From Phoronis australis (taxonomy: Eukaryota > Animalia > Phoronida): a DNA stretch of 64,000 nucleotides. A model generated the notes under the pieces. That model ran no database searches, was not told the origin of the DNA, and saw only the letters and a program-made list of their open reading frames with translations. This document shows, one piece after another, positions 1-12,996 of this stretch. Numbering within the stretch: the stretch's first letter is position 1; each line of letters begins with the position of its first letter. The position numbers and the translations under genes were made by a program. The stretch is from the NCBI GenBank assembly GCA_002633005.1, contig NMRA01000579.1:124001-188000 (forward strand), read 5' to 3'.

Positions 1-380
1 CTCCACTGTCGATATGGTTAAATCATCATCCTATAAGGATTTACTTTAAAGAAGTTGAATTAGAGGTGATTCTTTCTTTCCTGTAGCCTGGTCGTTTTCA
101 CTATTCCAACAAAGCTTTTGTTGTATCGGTCTCGACCTCTGAAACATCTGAGCGTCTGTCGGTGATGTCATATATGGTTTGACCATTACACAACGTTTGA
201 GCCATGGATTGCATAATTAGTAAGCCTAATAAATTTTGGCTGTCTGTTGCTAGAGTTACCTGACTGTCCATTGTGTTTTGTTCACCACATATGTGACCAG
301 GCCTTGTCAGAGTCTGTTAATTTGATTACATAAACCATCCATTGTAGTCTGTGTATTGTAATGACCTATTTTTATTCCAG

Positions 381-3300
381 CCCAGATGAGCTGGTTATAC
401 AGCCTCCACAGGTGGTCCACAAACAGCAGCTGCATACAGCCAACACTGTGAAGACTAAATCTCTCTCTACTCACTTGGGTGGGACCAATGGTTTGAGTGA
501 TGGCCAGACACACCCTTACACATCCGTCAATGGGTACATGGGTGAGGCCAAGGTAATGAGACATTGGCGAGATGACATGAGATTAATAAGTGTTTCTAAG
601 GAGACCAAACATTTGTTTGGATAAATTATTGAAGCTGGAACATTTGCGGAGCTATGAAAAAAAAGCGAAAATGGAAGCCGCATGGCTTTTTTGTTCCTAT
701 GAGGATGTATACCTTTGAGCGATTTTCAGTAGATGACTTATTCAGAGGGGAGATAATTCAGCCTATACAACTACAATGGTGTGCTGCTCGTGAGTGCATT
801 GAAACTTAGGCTGAATACTGATGCCTTGAATTGCACTGATTCATGGTCCCTTTAAATCTTTATATGGTGTGGAAATAGTCGAGTCACTTTTGGTGCAGTT
901 GTTGAAATCATAATCAGGATAGTTTTGTTAATCAAATGCGTTTATTTTTCTCGGCTAAATGTGTTTTTTTTCTATCTATTTCAGCAATTTTTAGTTGTTT
1001 TATTTCACTAATGAGTTCAAATTGCATGCACTAAATTTAAAGCATGTGTTCATTTAAAACTAACTGCCATCGTGGCTATTATTTTATTTGTATTTGTCAA
1101 AACCAAATGTTTATAAATGTCAAGGGAACTGCCCCTTGTATGATAATAATGGTACTTCATGTTTTAGATTTACTGTAGTTATTTTAAAATAACTTGCGCT
1201 GTATTGCACAGGCTCAACATGGCGGCAGTAGCAATACTGTCCCGAGGTACATGAAATGCTGTGATGTGATTGGTTCATAGACGTGGTGTTGTCTGCTGCA
1301 GGTTTTGTGACATCATGGCAGAAGCACCAATATCTGTTGCTTTGTGTTAACACAGTGGAAATGTAGAACATGTTTTTCAAAATGAATGCAACTTCATGTT
1401 TTAAGTTTTGAGTTTTCTAAATGTGTCCTTTATTAAACTCTTCTGGTTGTTTGTGCACTTTGTGGAGATTTTTCTATTAAATATTTTGTTTTATTTAAAA
1501 AATAATGTTGACAGTGACCTGGCATCTTTACTGACCTTATGACCTTCGCACTTCCAGAACCATGTCACAGCCAGCCCTCTACCTGTTCGAACATAACAAC
1601 AATGTCATACCATGGTAAGTAAATCTTGTTTTATCATGTCCATCATTTATAACTGACAGTTGAAGCTCCACCCCCTACCCATCTTGATGCAATTGCTTGG
1701 TGTACTTAAGAAGAAAGTCCAGATATTTATAACTAGAGTAAAATTTGACCGAACTTACCCAAAAACTATTTTCAAAATTTACCTGTTATCTGTTTTATAA
1801 GGCTTCAAACATTGTTACAATTGCTCATCACTTCTCCAAACATTTATCTAATGGCAGCTATGATATATTACTTGGAAATGATAAAGCATTTATTCCGTTC
1901 TTCTTATTTTAATGAAAACGCAGGGAAACAACAAAATTTCACTCATCCGCCATGTTGTGTCCTAAAATAGTGAGATTTTACTGTATTCTTCATATTGTTT
2001 ACGTCTTGTTTTGAAAAAGAGATTTAGAATGAATTTTAAACTGCTTTCCTCAGTACTATCCAGTTGTTTTAATGTCATTTACGAGACAATTTTTGTAAAC
2101 TGTTTGTTACAACTGAATGTTTTCATCCTTTGTAGGTATGACAACAATACTCACTCTAGTGCCATGTCTGTTACCCATAGTTATTCACATTTGAACAAAT
2201 ATGCAGTATACTCCAACAATGTCAGTCGACCACACGTGAGGGGACGAAGACCACGGAAGTCCCACGTAGATGGCACCGAAAAGCCACAGCCAGAGAAAGT
2301 CAAGCGCTCTGTGTCGTTTAATGCGGAGAATAAACCTGCGAGTCACGCACACCGCCGGACATCGTTATTCACCAAAGTGAGAAGCAAGTGTCAGATGACC
2401 GTTCAGAGATCCATTTCCTGCAGTCCAGCTACAACTGGTGGCATTACTCGAAGCTCATCCAGACTAACCCAGAGTAGTTCCGATGCGCGTCTGTCGTCCC
2501 ACAGATCATCATCGCTTACCAAAAATGCACGAAACAAACACCATAGGATGATACAGAGATCCGTTTCATATGACCCTACTGTCACCAATGGTGCTGGTCG
2601 AAGTCCATATATTACTTCTCCATTGATATTTGGGCACAATCGAGGTTACGGACCAAACAACAACAAAAACACCATCATCCACAACAACAACAACAAAAAC
2701 AACATCAGCAACAACAACAACAAATATCGACTTCACAACGGATGTTTCACTCCTCTCTCTGCACAAGCCAATCACCGATCGGACTTGGATATCTATTCTC
2801 TTCAAAATTGTGTGCCATACGGACCTTTGACCCGAGCCTCGATCTCTGGTCATGAGGTTGTGACCTCATCAACGAAGAAGCCAAGTCGTCAGAGCTCGTT
2901 CTCGGGATTTAGCAGTGCCAGGGCATGGATCCATGACCGGCCGCCCACATACATCCAGAGCAAAAAGTTGACTGGTCCAGTGAGCAGTTACAAGGTTATC
3001 AGTACACTGCCCAATGTCACTACGGTGAGTACACTAGAGATATGAGTGTGGTATGAGGTGATGTAGGCCAAGAGAGAGCAATGTTGCTCAAGGCTCATAT
3101 GTCTGGACCTGATAGGCCTGAGAGATCAGTCTACATTTGTTTCCTTATACGACCACTGACCTTTTCGTCTCTTATTAAATTTGCATGTTTTTGTCTTCTT
3201 TGATAAACTACTTTGTTCACAAGGTCAGGGTTTATGGCGTCTGTTGTCTGTGATTGGTCAGATTACCAATAGCGCCATCTGGCAGCATGAATGAAAAGGG

Positions 3301-4644
3301 ATATTGCATGGCTAACTGCTCCACATCACCTCATAAAGGAAGTTGTCATACAGCATTTTAGCCAATCAGAGGAGAGCTGAATCAGTGGTTGTGTAAATGT
3401 TACCGTGTGCTGGCCGTCTTTTCTTCATCTTCCAGTCAATGTCCAGAATATCGTATATTTGGCATTTGTTCACGTGGAGTGGATTAAAATGAACTATGTT
3501 GCATCTTGTTAGTGAGTTGCATTGTAACTTTTGATGCTAGTGGCTTAGTTTTGTTGTTGATTTGTTGATGTGTAAACGTGATGGCAGAGTGCACATTCTT
3601 AATGCCCCATGCAGCGCAATCTAAGGTTCATGTTTTTTGTAGAAGCCATTGTTTCGGTTTTTTTTACGGTCAGTTAGCGTTCTTTTTAAGTATAGTGCAA
3701 TCCGAAAGTATTCAGACAAAATGGCTCAGAATTCCCCTTCACGACGGCTGGGTGGAAGCCAAATTCACAATTCACAATAGTCTCCCCTGATGACTGAGAG
3801 TTAAGGGGAATTAACTGGTTGAATGAATAAATGAACATCTTTATTGCGGACTTTACAGTTTTCCGTATAGAGAACAATTATTATTTTTCCATTATCAAGA
3901 AAACAGCATTTTGTCAGATTCCTTTTGTCTTGCACTGATAAAGGCATGGACTGAATGGAGTTCACCGAATGATAATGACCAATGACAAATTTAAACTTAT
4001 TCCAGTTTGAAGTATGCGATTTTGGCTTGACCCAACTTAAGCTGCATGAGACATTAAGAATAAATAACCCACTTTAGATACAACATTGTGGTTTAACTCG
4101 TGTTGTTTTCATTTCCCCGTTCACGAAATTCATGCTTTGCATATCATTACGTGTTATTTTACAGGTATCCTCTGTCGCAATACCTGAGATCACAGTCAGT
4201 TCACCATCGCCATGCGTTAAACAGAATTCTTGTTTAGTTCAGCCTAAAGTGCGACAGGATCTTGAGTGTGTTTACGAGACAACTGATACCGACGGTCCTC
4301 CAGAAGCGAATCTTTCTGCCGACGAAAATGACTTGGAAATCTCGAATATTATGTCGTCTTGTCTTGATTTGAATGGGTCTGAAATTGTGGCAGAGACTTT
4401 TCTTGATGTTCAATCTTGTGCCACACATGAGACATCTGCTGTCATGTCGAAAGATGAAGATAACACTGCGATGCCACCGAAGGCCGGCGTCACGTGGAGT
4501 AATACGACTTTCTCTTTGAGGGAGCCGTGCACTCTGATAACATCGAACGGAAAATCAGTCAACCGTGACCTGACTCAGACTGAGCTGCTCTACCTGATGG
4601 CTCAAACAGAAAGCAAACACCACGAGATCCTGACGGAGCTTTGA
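381..4644 (+). CDS. 3' portion of an unidentified spliced gene; low-complexity Ser/Arg/Asn-rich region ending in class I PDZ-binding-like ...HHEILTEL*
   Basis: Phase-consistent GT-AG exon chain: 381-552 (PDELVIQPP...GEAK), 1212-1246 (AQHGGSSNTVPR), 1558-1614 (TMSQPALYLFEHNNNVIPW), 2136-3024 (YDNN...PNVTT, donor ACG|GTGAGT), 4165-4644 (VSSVAIPE...ILTEL*). About 543 aa. A possible further exon at 87-161 is uncertain. The 5' end is probably outside the window. Confidence 0.65.
2136..3024 (+). CDS. Large internal exon of the left gene (Ser/Arg-rich, poly-Asn)
   Basis: Lies within ORF 2011-3045. Acceptor tttgtag|G in phase 2 completes the TGG codon from exon 1558-1614. Donor ACG|GTGAGT is in phase 0. 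Confidence 0.7.
2655..2724 (+). repeat. (AAC)n-rich coding microsatellite (poly-Asn)
   Basis: aacaacaac runs encoding NNNKNTIIHNNNNKNNISNNNNK. Confidence 0.85.
4165..4644 (+). CDS. Terminal coding exon of the left gene, ends ...ILTEL*
   Basis: Lies within ORF 4132-4644. Acceptor ttttacag|GTA in phase 0 matches the donor at 3024. Confidence 0.7.
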   Translation, partial: VSSVAIPEITVSSPSPCVKQNSCLVQPKVRQDLECVYETTDTDGPPEANLSADENDLEISNIMSSCLDLNGSEIVAETFLDVQSCATHETSAVMSKDEDNTAMPPKAGVTWSNTTFSLREPCTLITSNGKSVNRDLTQTELLYLMAQTESKHHEILTEL

Positions 4645-6802
4645 AACGTTTGTCAAGCAAATGCTATAAGAGATGCTTTCTATGAACAAATAATGTGTAG
4701 AAGTTCAGAATCATTCTTAAGTTTTCAGAATGTGCGGATATCCAGCTGCTTTGTTATAGATAAGGTTTACGACCAAACGTTTTTGCATTACGGTGTAATC
4801 CATGTGAGTTGTCACTGGGATCGAAGGATTATTATTATTATTACTGTTCAGTCATTTTGTACTGTCATTGGATAAGGTGGTAGTTTGCAAACCAAAGGTT
4901 GATAAATTCCTTTTAATTGAAAATGGCCAAAATTTTGAAGCACGTTCTGGGTTATTTTCATATGATGTGTTATTTTTGTCTCGTTTCCTTCAGGATTTTC
5001 ATCATAACTTTGATGAAAACCGACAACTTTCGACAAAATTTGTCTTCTTTTGTGAAACTACTGTACCTTCTACTGACCGAATGTATCAAGCAAGCTAGAT
5101 GCAAATGCTTGAATACCCTCTTAAGTTCCCCGACCCTGTACAGCTGCGTACTGTTCAACAGTCATGCTCATGGGTCCGACGCAAACTTGGGAGTCCCACT
5201 GCAGGGCATTTCAACTACGTGGTGTTTGGGGAGACCATTCGCAGTGAGGAGCAAAGATATTCTCTTCCTCCCCAGTTGTATCGCTATCATGTTTGGTCTG
5301 TGAATCAGTGTTGTGTTGGCAGTCTCAAATACAGCAAAAGTGCGTGCCTGTGTTATTCCCATGTTGTTTTCACTGTACAGCGGTTTTCAAAATGAACTAG
5401 CTTCTTGGACAGGACTCTGCCAAACACTATAATCTGTGGCAGTTAAGTTGAAATTTTGTCACCAACAATAAAATGTCAATTTTGTTGAAAACTCTAGTCA
5501 GAGTTTAATGTGACTTTATTGCTGCTCATTTGTTTGTTTACATGCTGTCATGATTTTGACAAAGTACACGGAGCAACACCTGTGGGGATTTTGTTGAGAT
5601 TTAGCCAGAATTAAATCGTGTTATAGTGGAAAAGGAATGGATGTTTAGTCAGTTATGTTTGCCAAAACTTGTTGAATTTCGATGTTGCCCAGTTTGTTTT
5701 GAAAACAATTCTGTACATGCATATTGTTTTGGTATAACAATAATTAAACCTCCAATTGTTTTGAAAGTCAATTTCCAAAAGATATCTACAGTATATGTGA
5801 AAATTAATTGAGTATAAAATGATGAGGAATTACATGTCGTCCACGACAGGAATGACAACAGAATGTTCACATGGTGGCAACCATCGTAGTTAGGATTTTG
5901 TTGGCATGAACCGTCATAACCTATTATTTTCGTTGTTGGTGACATTGACTGACATGATGTGGACGGCTGTATTTCGTGCACAGGTCTGGTGGAAAAGCTC
6001 AAAATGTGCTTTTTTAAATTTCTGAGCATTTGTTTTTATTGCCGCCTTCCAAAGCAATTTCTGTACTAGTGAGCATGTGCGGATATGCAAGTTTGCCTGG
6101 GAGCACTTCTGAGTCGAATGTTTTGGCTAAATTAGATCATGGCTGGTGTTAAATTCTACTGGTCTGGGAGTGAAATGCCTTGTTTTATGTTAATCAGTTA
6201 TTGTTTACTCAATACACTAAATTACAGGGATTGGAATAACCAATGACAAAAATAAAGATGAAAATTTTCCAGGTGATGTCCTATTGTTCCACAAAATAGG
6301 CTTTAGTATAAGAAATTCTTTTTGTGTTGTAAAATTTAACTGAAAACGTTTGTGCATGAATAAAGTACAAATAATGATAAAAAAGATGAGAAAAGAGGAA
6401 CTGGAAATCAAATAAGAGGAAATCCTTAGGAAAATTCCAAGCCCTGAAATAAACAGGTTGTACATCATTATATCGATCGCAGCTATTTTTCAGATAATTG
6501 TAAATTTGTATTTTCAAATGGCGACTATGTTTCTACAAATAAATCTTCACTTATTGTTAAGTGAAAGCTGCGACAGAAATCATGATGCAAGATTAGATAT
6601 CCGTCTTGAGAAATTCAACACAATGGTCTAGTTTACCATACTTTGTGCTGAGTAGAGTGGGAGACTTGAAGAAGCAATGGGGGCTGATCACATGGGAACA
6701 GTGACTATTAACGCCACCTGGCTGTACTACGCGGTACACCTCTGTGGAGACATGTTGAGTTTATGGAGACCTTTTCACGGTGTAGGTGAAGTGAGCCCTC
6801 GT

Positions 6803-6816
6803 CCACTAGAGGGCAG
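6803..6816 (+). promoter_or_regulatory. CTCF consensus motif
   Basis: CCACTAGAGGGCAG matches the core CCASYAGRKGGCRS. Binding is not demonstrated. Confidence 0.5.
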
Positions 6817-7580
6817 TAGATATCGGCCCCTCGCGATCAGTCGCCATGTTGATACATTTAAGTCTCTCATTTACCGTTCAAATTATTGTTGTACAATATG
6901 TATAATTGTAAATGTGCTATGTTTCATTTGATATTTGGTCATACATTAAACCATCACATATCATTTTTGAGCTTACGTCAGTATTTAGTATTTATAATAA
7001 AATATAAATTTAGGCGGGGTGTTGATTTTGTGACTGTTGGCAAAACATTTTAACACCTTCATTGTAAACAGTCGACTTCTCAGTTTTGGGTGCCATTTTA
7101 GCTAACTAAAATTTCTAGAAATTCAAAAGAGAAAATTTTCCAGAATTTGTCATTTTCCAATGTTCCCTAGATTGCTGAAAATGGCCAGATAATTTCGACA
7201 AATGCCCGACAAACTGCATACAGTTTTGTTTAGAAATTGAATTTCACTCTTTCTCCGGATTACTCATTCCAAAAACTGAAAACTAATTAAAGGCTTGACG
7301 TGGGTTGTATCAGGACAGGCGATGAAAAATGGGGGAGGGGGATAAAAAGTGGAAAATAATGCGACGACATGCTCGTCTCATGCAGCCACAGCATATTCGC
7401 GTTTCCTTTCTAGTTACAAGTTCAAAGATGTGACACTTGGCATGCAGAATGGCTTGATTAACACTTGACAAAACAGCAAAGGATTTGGTGAAAACATTTA
7501 CTGAACAAAGTAACAAACATAACATATATTACAAACTTATAACTTAAAATGGCAATGGAATGTTGTATAATTTTACAATG

Positions 7581-7860
7581 CGAGGGTTCTGTTTAAAGAA
7601 AAGTGACAAGACTTGAATAAGAAATTTGGTCTTGCGCCCCACACATTTCTGAAAATAATCTTCACTTGAGCTAAAGTGCAGCCTGAAAATATACACATAA
7701 ATGCTATTTACCAAGACAAGTTGTATATTATAAAATTAATTATAAAATTATTTTAGAGCGATACTCTTATCATTACTTGAATTTATTCATAAATACTGTG
7801 GAATGGGAACACAAGACCAAATTTCTGTCTTAAGTCACTTTTCATTAAACAGACTCCGGG
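7581..7860. mobile_element. Foldback/MITE-like element with ~55-60 bp imperfect terminal inverted repeats
   Basis: Left arm tctgtttaaagaaaagtgac...agaaatttggtcttg versus right arm caagaccaaatttct...gtcacttttcattaaacaga (reverse complement). Confidence 0.6.
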
Positions 7861-8878
7861 TATAACAATTCAAGAATGGCACGTCAACTATACTCACACC
7901 TCCAGATGGTCGGCAATCAGCAGCAACTGATTCCTACTAAATTCCAACGCAGAAATAATACATGGTAGGAGTAGACATTAAATGAAGAAGACAGTCTTAA
8001 AAATAGCTTGTACCTTTTTCATGCCAGGCGTGTTAAAAAGCATGGATGACGTGCTCAAATCTAGATTTAAAAATTACCAGTAGTAAGTGTAGTGCACATG
8101 TACTAAACATCGTGGAGGAAATGACGAGTTCGTTGACGTGCTTAGTTGACTGGTGAATTACTGTAATGATGCTCCGGTGTGAGACGGTGAAAAATTCATA
8201 ATCTCTGCTCAAGCTTGGAGTTTGCACAACATTTTAGAAATGGACAAGTCACCGTCCTCGCCCCAATTCACAAATAACAAAAAACATAAAGATTACCCGT
8301 GAATGAAATTTTGGGATTAATGTACTACGGGTTTCAATTTTGCGGCTATACTTTGTAACTACCAATCAGACGCATCGCCCAGACAAGTTTGTGTATCAAG
8401 TCCCTGGCTTGTTGAATAAATGTAGCGTCTGATATTTGAGAGGTATGATGAACAGCAAAATTGCACATATGTCCAGAATCACTTTTAACTTGAATTTCGG
8501 TATCCCAAATTTTACACTGCCCGAACTGGAGAATTTTACTGTAATATCTAACTCAGTCACAATAGACCATAACATCTGAGTGACCTGTGGCCGTAGAGAC
8601 AAAGCATCCTATCATTAGACTTCAAGGTATGACATGGCCAAGTCAAACGACTTGATTTTTGACTATAAATCTCCTCCACTATGAGACTAGTAGCTGAAAG
8701 AATCAGCCAAGTAAGAACCAATCATATGCTGACCTGGTTAATCAACAGGACAGAAAGGAAACAGATCTTGACCTACGTAGTAAGCAAGATTTAAACACTT
8801 AGTATTGTGACCAAAGCGATCCTTTCTCAAACACCGTTAACTGCTCAGTGTTCGCCATCAATGTAAAACATCGTTGCC

Positions 8879-11800
8879 TTACATGGTTTCCGTCAACAAT
8901 CCCACGTTAGAAACATCCTCGTCATGACTGGCTTTGGAAACGCCCTCACACACCTCAACTTCCTTTTTAACCTTAGTCATTACACCAAAGTTTAAGCTAC
9001 AATCTTCATCAATGTCAGTGTGATCGCCAATCAAATCAGCGTCATTTTTACTTGGTGTTCCATTGAGACTTGTTTCACCAAAACTGTCATGGCCAGAAGC
9101 ATCTTGCCCTCTGCTCTTCTTGCTCTCTGCCAGAGGAGAGTTGTCGTCGACTTCCTTCCTTTCAACAGATACTTCACAAGAAACCGAGTCATCATGACCT
9201 TTGACACAAGACACATGATTTTCACCTTCTGCCAAAGAAGAGTTCTGCCTTCCAACAGTCTCACAATCAATAACACTGTTTTGAATTTTTCCTGACTCAC
9301 CAGATAACTTAGAAGGATTTTGATCAACTGAGGTGGAAGTATTTGTCTTACTTCCAGGGCCTCCAACATCAACAAATTCATCTACATTACATTCTATACT
9401 TTCCTCAGAAGCAGCTCTAAATGTATTCGATGGCTTTCCATCATCGAGATGCGGGATTTTTGAACAACTTGAACCAAGCTTTTCAGTTGCAAGTCGCCTC
9501 TTGGACCGAATGAAAGCAACTCCGTGTGTGCGCATGTGCTGTCTTAACCCTGTTTCATCAGTGAACGAACGATAACACACCTGACATTCATAAGGGTTAT
9601 CACTGTCAATCTGTTTCGGCCTCTTGCTAGCAGCTGCAACTCCAGGTAGCAAAACGTTCGTTTCCACGACAACATCATAGTTTACGCCCACCTCTTGGTA
9701 GTATTTGTCAAGGTTCTTCACTTTGTGCACAATGAATAGATGTTTCTTCAGTGCAGGTTGAACTCTAAAGCAAGTACCACACTCCAGACATTGTATAGCT
9801 TCCTCTTCTGTCCGATGGATGACAATGTGCTCCTTGAAGCGCGTCCGATTGTCGCAGGTGAAGTCACACTTGGCACAACTAAAGACTGTCTCGCCCTCAA
9901 CTCGCAGCTTTCTCACACTCTGCGGGGGGCTGTCGTTCTTGACGCAACGCTCCAACCCAGACTGCTTCTTGTCCCCGTCGCCAGCGACATCTTTGGGTGA
10001 ACCGAGCGTGACGTTAACTTTTTCTACTTTATCCTCTTCTATATTGAACTTTTGAACCTTGTGTGCGCTGACCATATGGCGTTCTAAGTTGAACCTCCTA
10101 TCAAAAAGCATCGTCTTTCCAGCCTCGTGACATAGATAGCACCGGTATGCCTGACCTTTGCCCTCATGCACACGCTGCGTGTGCTCGCGGAGCTCTTCCG
10201 TGTTGACGTACGTCAGACCGCACAGCTGACACGAGAAATGCGGAGTGATTCCATGATCTGTCTTCAAATGTTGCCGTAGTGAATCCCACGACTCAAACAC
10301 TTGGTCACATTGTTCACAATCGTATGTCTCCACTCTGTACAAGTTCTCATCAGCTAGTTGTTCCCCATCCCCAGCTCTGTCATCGCTTCCTGGCCGCGTA
10401 TCCTCTGTGTCGTCTTTTAATGGCGTCTCGCTGGCAGCACCTGTTGCACTCGAACTACTCAGCCTCTTTTTCATCTGGTTTAGGTTCCTCCTCCGTTGCC
10501 ACTTGCACATAATCTGATGTTCAGCCAAGTCAGAAAATTCGGCAAAGTAAACGATGCAACAGTAACGACACACATAAATCTCATCGTCTTCATGCTTCGA
10601 TAGATGGCGCTTGAACCACTGTTGATTGTTGAACCGACGCAAACAGACTGGGCAGCCATAGCGCTTGTCTTCTTCAGACGGCGATGTCGTGATTGGCCCG
10701 TTAGATTTTGCTGGTGGTGACGATACCTTATCTGGTGATGGCCATGGGCGAATACTAGAAGTTTTAAGCTTTCCTACGGGAGGAGACCCACCTGCTGACA
10801 CAGTCACACCTGTGACTCCTTGACTGCCCAAAGGATGCACAGTCTGTAGGTGGTAGATCACCTCTGGCTTAGTCATAAAGACAAACATACACTTAGGACA
10901 CTTGAAGATCGTCTTCACCTGACTGGATTTTTTCTGCACCGTCAGCGACGACGTCCTGTTGGGATGACTTGCTTCTAGATGTTCTTCTAGATTTTGGCGC
11001 GACGAGTGCTCCGTGCCGCAGAAGGAGCACATTTCTGCAATGGGCGTGACGGAGTGATCCTCCTGTAGGTGTTGCTTCAGCTCTCGTTTCTCGCGGAAGT
11101 GACACGTGTGGCATATTTGACACAGGAACCTGAACTGCGACATCTGGTTCTGAATGTGTGCGGTCACATGCTTTTGATACAGGTCCTTATTTACAAGTAC
11201 AGTGGGCACGGCGCACAGCAGGCACTTGTAAACAATCAGTGGACGCCAGTTCTCATCTATGACACCAGAGTGCATTGAGGAGATGTGCTTAACGCAGCCA
11301 GCTTGGTCACTGGCCTTGAACGCCAACGGGCACATAGGACACTTGTAGAACTTCTCTGTGTGCGACGCCATAACATGGTCCACTAAGGGGCCTTGCTGCT
11401 GTTTGACGATGGAGCAGTGGTTGCAAATGAAGTAGAGCTTACGAGAATGATGTAGACATTTCTTGTGCACATGTTTCATGAAGATCTCAAAGGTGCCAAC
11501 AATCTCCTCGCCGCATTCCGGACAGACGAACGGTGCCTGTTGCGTGTGCAGTATCTTGTGTGCCTTCAGAGCGCACAGTGTTGGTAGCACTTTAAACTGG
11601 CAATACTGGTAGTCGCATACATAATGAGCTGCCACACTACCAGAAGGAGCAAAGTGATTTGCCAGGCTTTTTCTATCAGCAAAATTTGACTTACACATCT
11701 TGCACACAAACCCTTCAGTCAATTTCCCAGACTGCGTCACTGTCTCACATTCAGTTCTTTGCTTTATTGAAGACTGTTCCATTAGTGAGCCTGTGGCTGG

Positions 11801-12996
11801 CACTATCTTATATGTTTTATTTGATGGTTGATTACTGGATACAATCCATCCTGTCAGTGAATTCTTTGAAATCTCTTTTCCTTTTGAATTCTTGCTCGCC
11901 GGAGGTTCTGCTTTGCTGGCAGCAGTTACAGGACTGCTTAACGGAGGCACAGACTCGCAGACGAGGGGATTTGGGTTGTTGGCCGGGGATTTGAGCTTAC
12001 TGTCTCCTGGTCCTAGCTCGCTGGCTGAGGTTTTGGGCTTGATGGTTCGAAGTCCAGAAACCCCAACCAGAGGTACGGACATGCTGATTGGAGGCTTGGG
12101 GTTGCTTATTGGAGATACAGTGTCGCTGCCTGGGGAATTGGAGTTGTTGACTGAAAGAATGAGGTTATTGGTTCCTGGCTTGGTTATGTCAAAGGACATT
12201 AGATTAGACAGTGACTGTTTGAGGACTTCGTCGCTGTTTAAATATGAGGAGTCTTCATCAGGCGGTTTTACGGTAACATTCCACGCGACAAGAGTGTCGA
12301 TGCTCGAGAAGCACTGGAGATGAGACGACAACATGCACTTGTTGTGAACAGTCACGAACGTGCAGCAGCCGCGGCAGTAGAAGCAAATTCTGCACGTTTT
12401 ACGAGACAAGTGCAGCTGGAGGCTGGAAGGGAATACAAACGACTCCCTACAATACGTGCACGAGAATGGCGTCTCAAGCTGATCTGGTGCACCCAAGGAC
12501 GACACGGGCGGCGGCAATTTCACATGGTTGTGACAAGCTAGAAAAGTCTTGGTCATTTTTTGCAAGTCCTTTGGCAATTCTATGTTTGAGTCGGAAGACT
12601 TCAGTTTTACTATCTTCCTTATTTTGGGACGTGGCTTGGGGCGGGCGGCAGCTTTAACCACCTGTGGTGAGGCTGTGAGGCTGTTTGACACAGTTGAGGT
12701 CCTGGGCATGATGCGCCGAGGGGTTGATCCAGTCCTTATGTTAGACAAGCTCGCAGTTGGCACGGTGTTCTTAGACACCACTGTCTGGTGCTGCTTTTGT
12801 TGCTTTTTATTGGAAACCTGAAGATGGCGCTCCGTAACATCCCTCATGTGTCCAATATGATCTTGCTGCTCCAATGTACTGCTGTCACTGGCTGCGCTAG
12901 ATGAAGCAGTGTGAAAGGTCAAGGCCGTGTTATACTCCTCGTCGACTTTCTCGGTCTTTATAACAGGTGGTAGGTTTTGTGCAGAGTCTTCAAAGG
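8879..12996 (-). CDS. ZNF532/ZNF592/ZNF687-family C2H2 zinc-finger protein, main coding exon
   Basis: ORF of 1422 aa with about 19 C2H2/C2HC-type motifs. Family signatures: SLQLHLSRKTCRI...HNKCML (cf. RRSVRI...NKCSLL), FYKCPMCPLAFK, HLFIVHK, HMRTHGVAFIRSKR. The likely acceptor is ctctttcag|CC at 12996 (phase 1), so the first ~50 aa of the listed ORF are probably intronic. Confidence 0.92.

Noticed and set aside
4868-5395. Overlapping ORFs of 76-128 aa after the left gene's stop codon
   Set aside because: No recognisable domain or convincing splice linkage. Probably 3' UTR, though an extra exon cannot be excluded.
9020-12821. Many antisense or alternate-frame ORFs over the zinc-finger exon
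   Set aside because: These are shadows of the real coding frame with no independent motifs.
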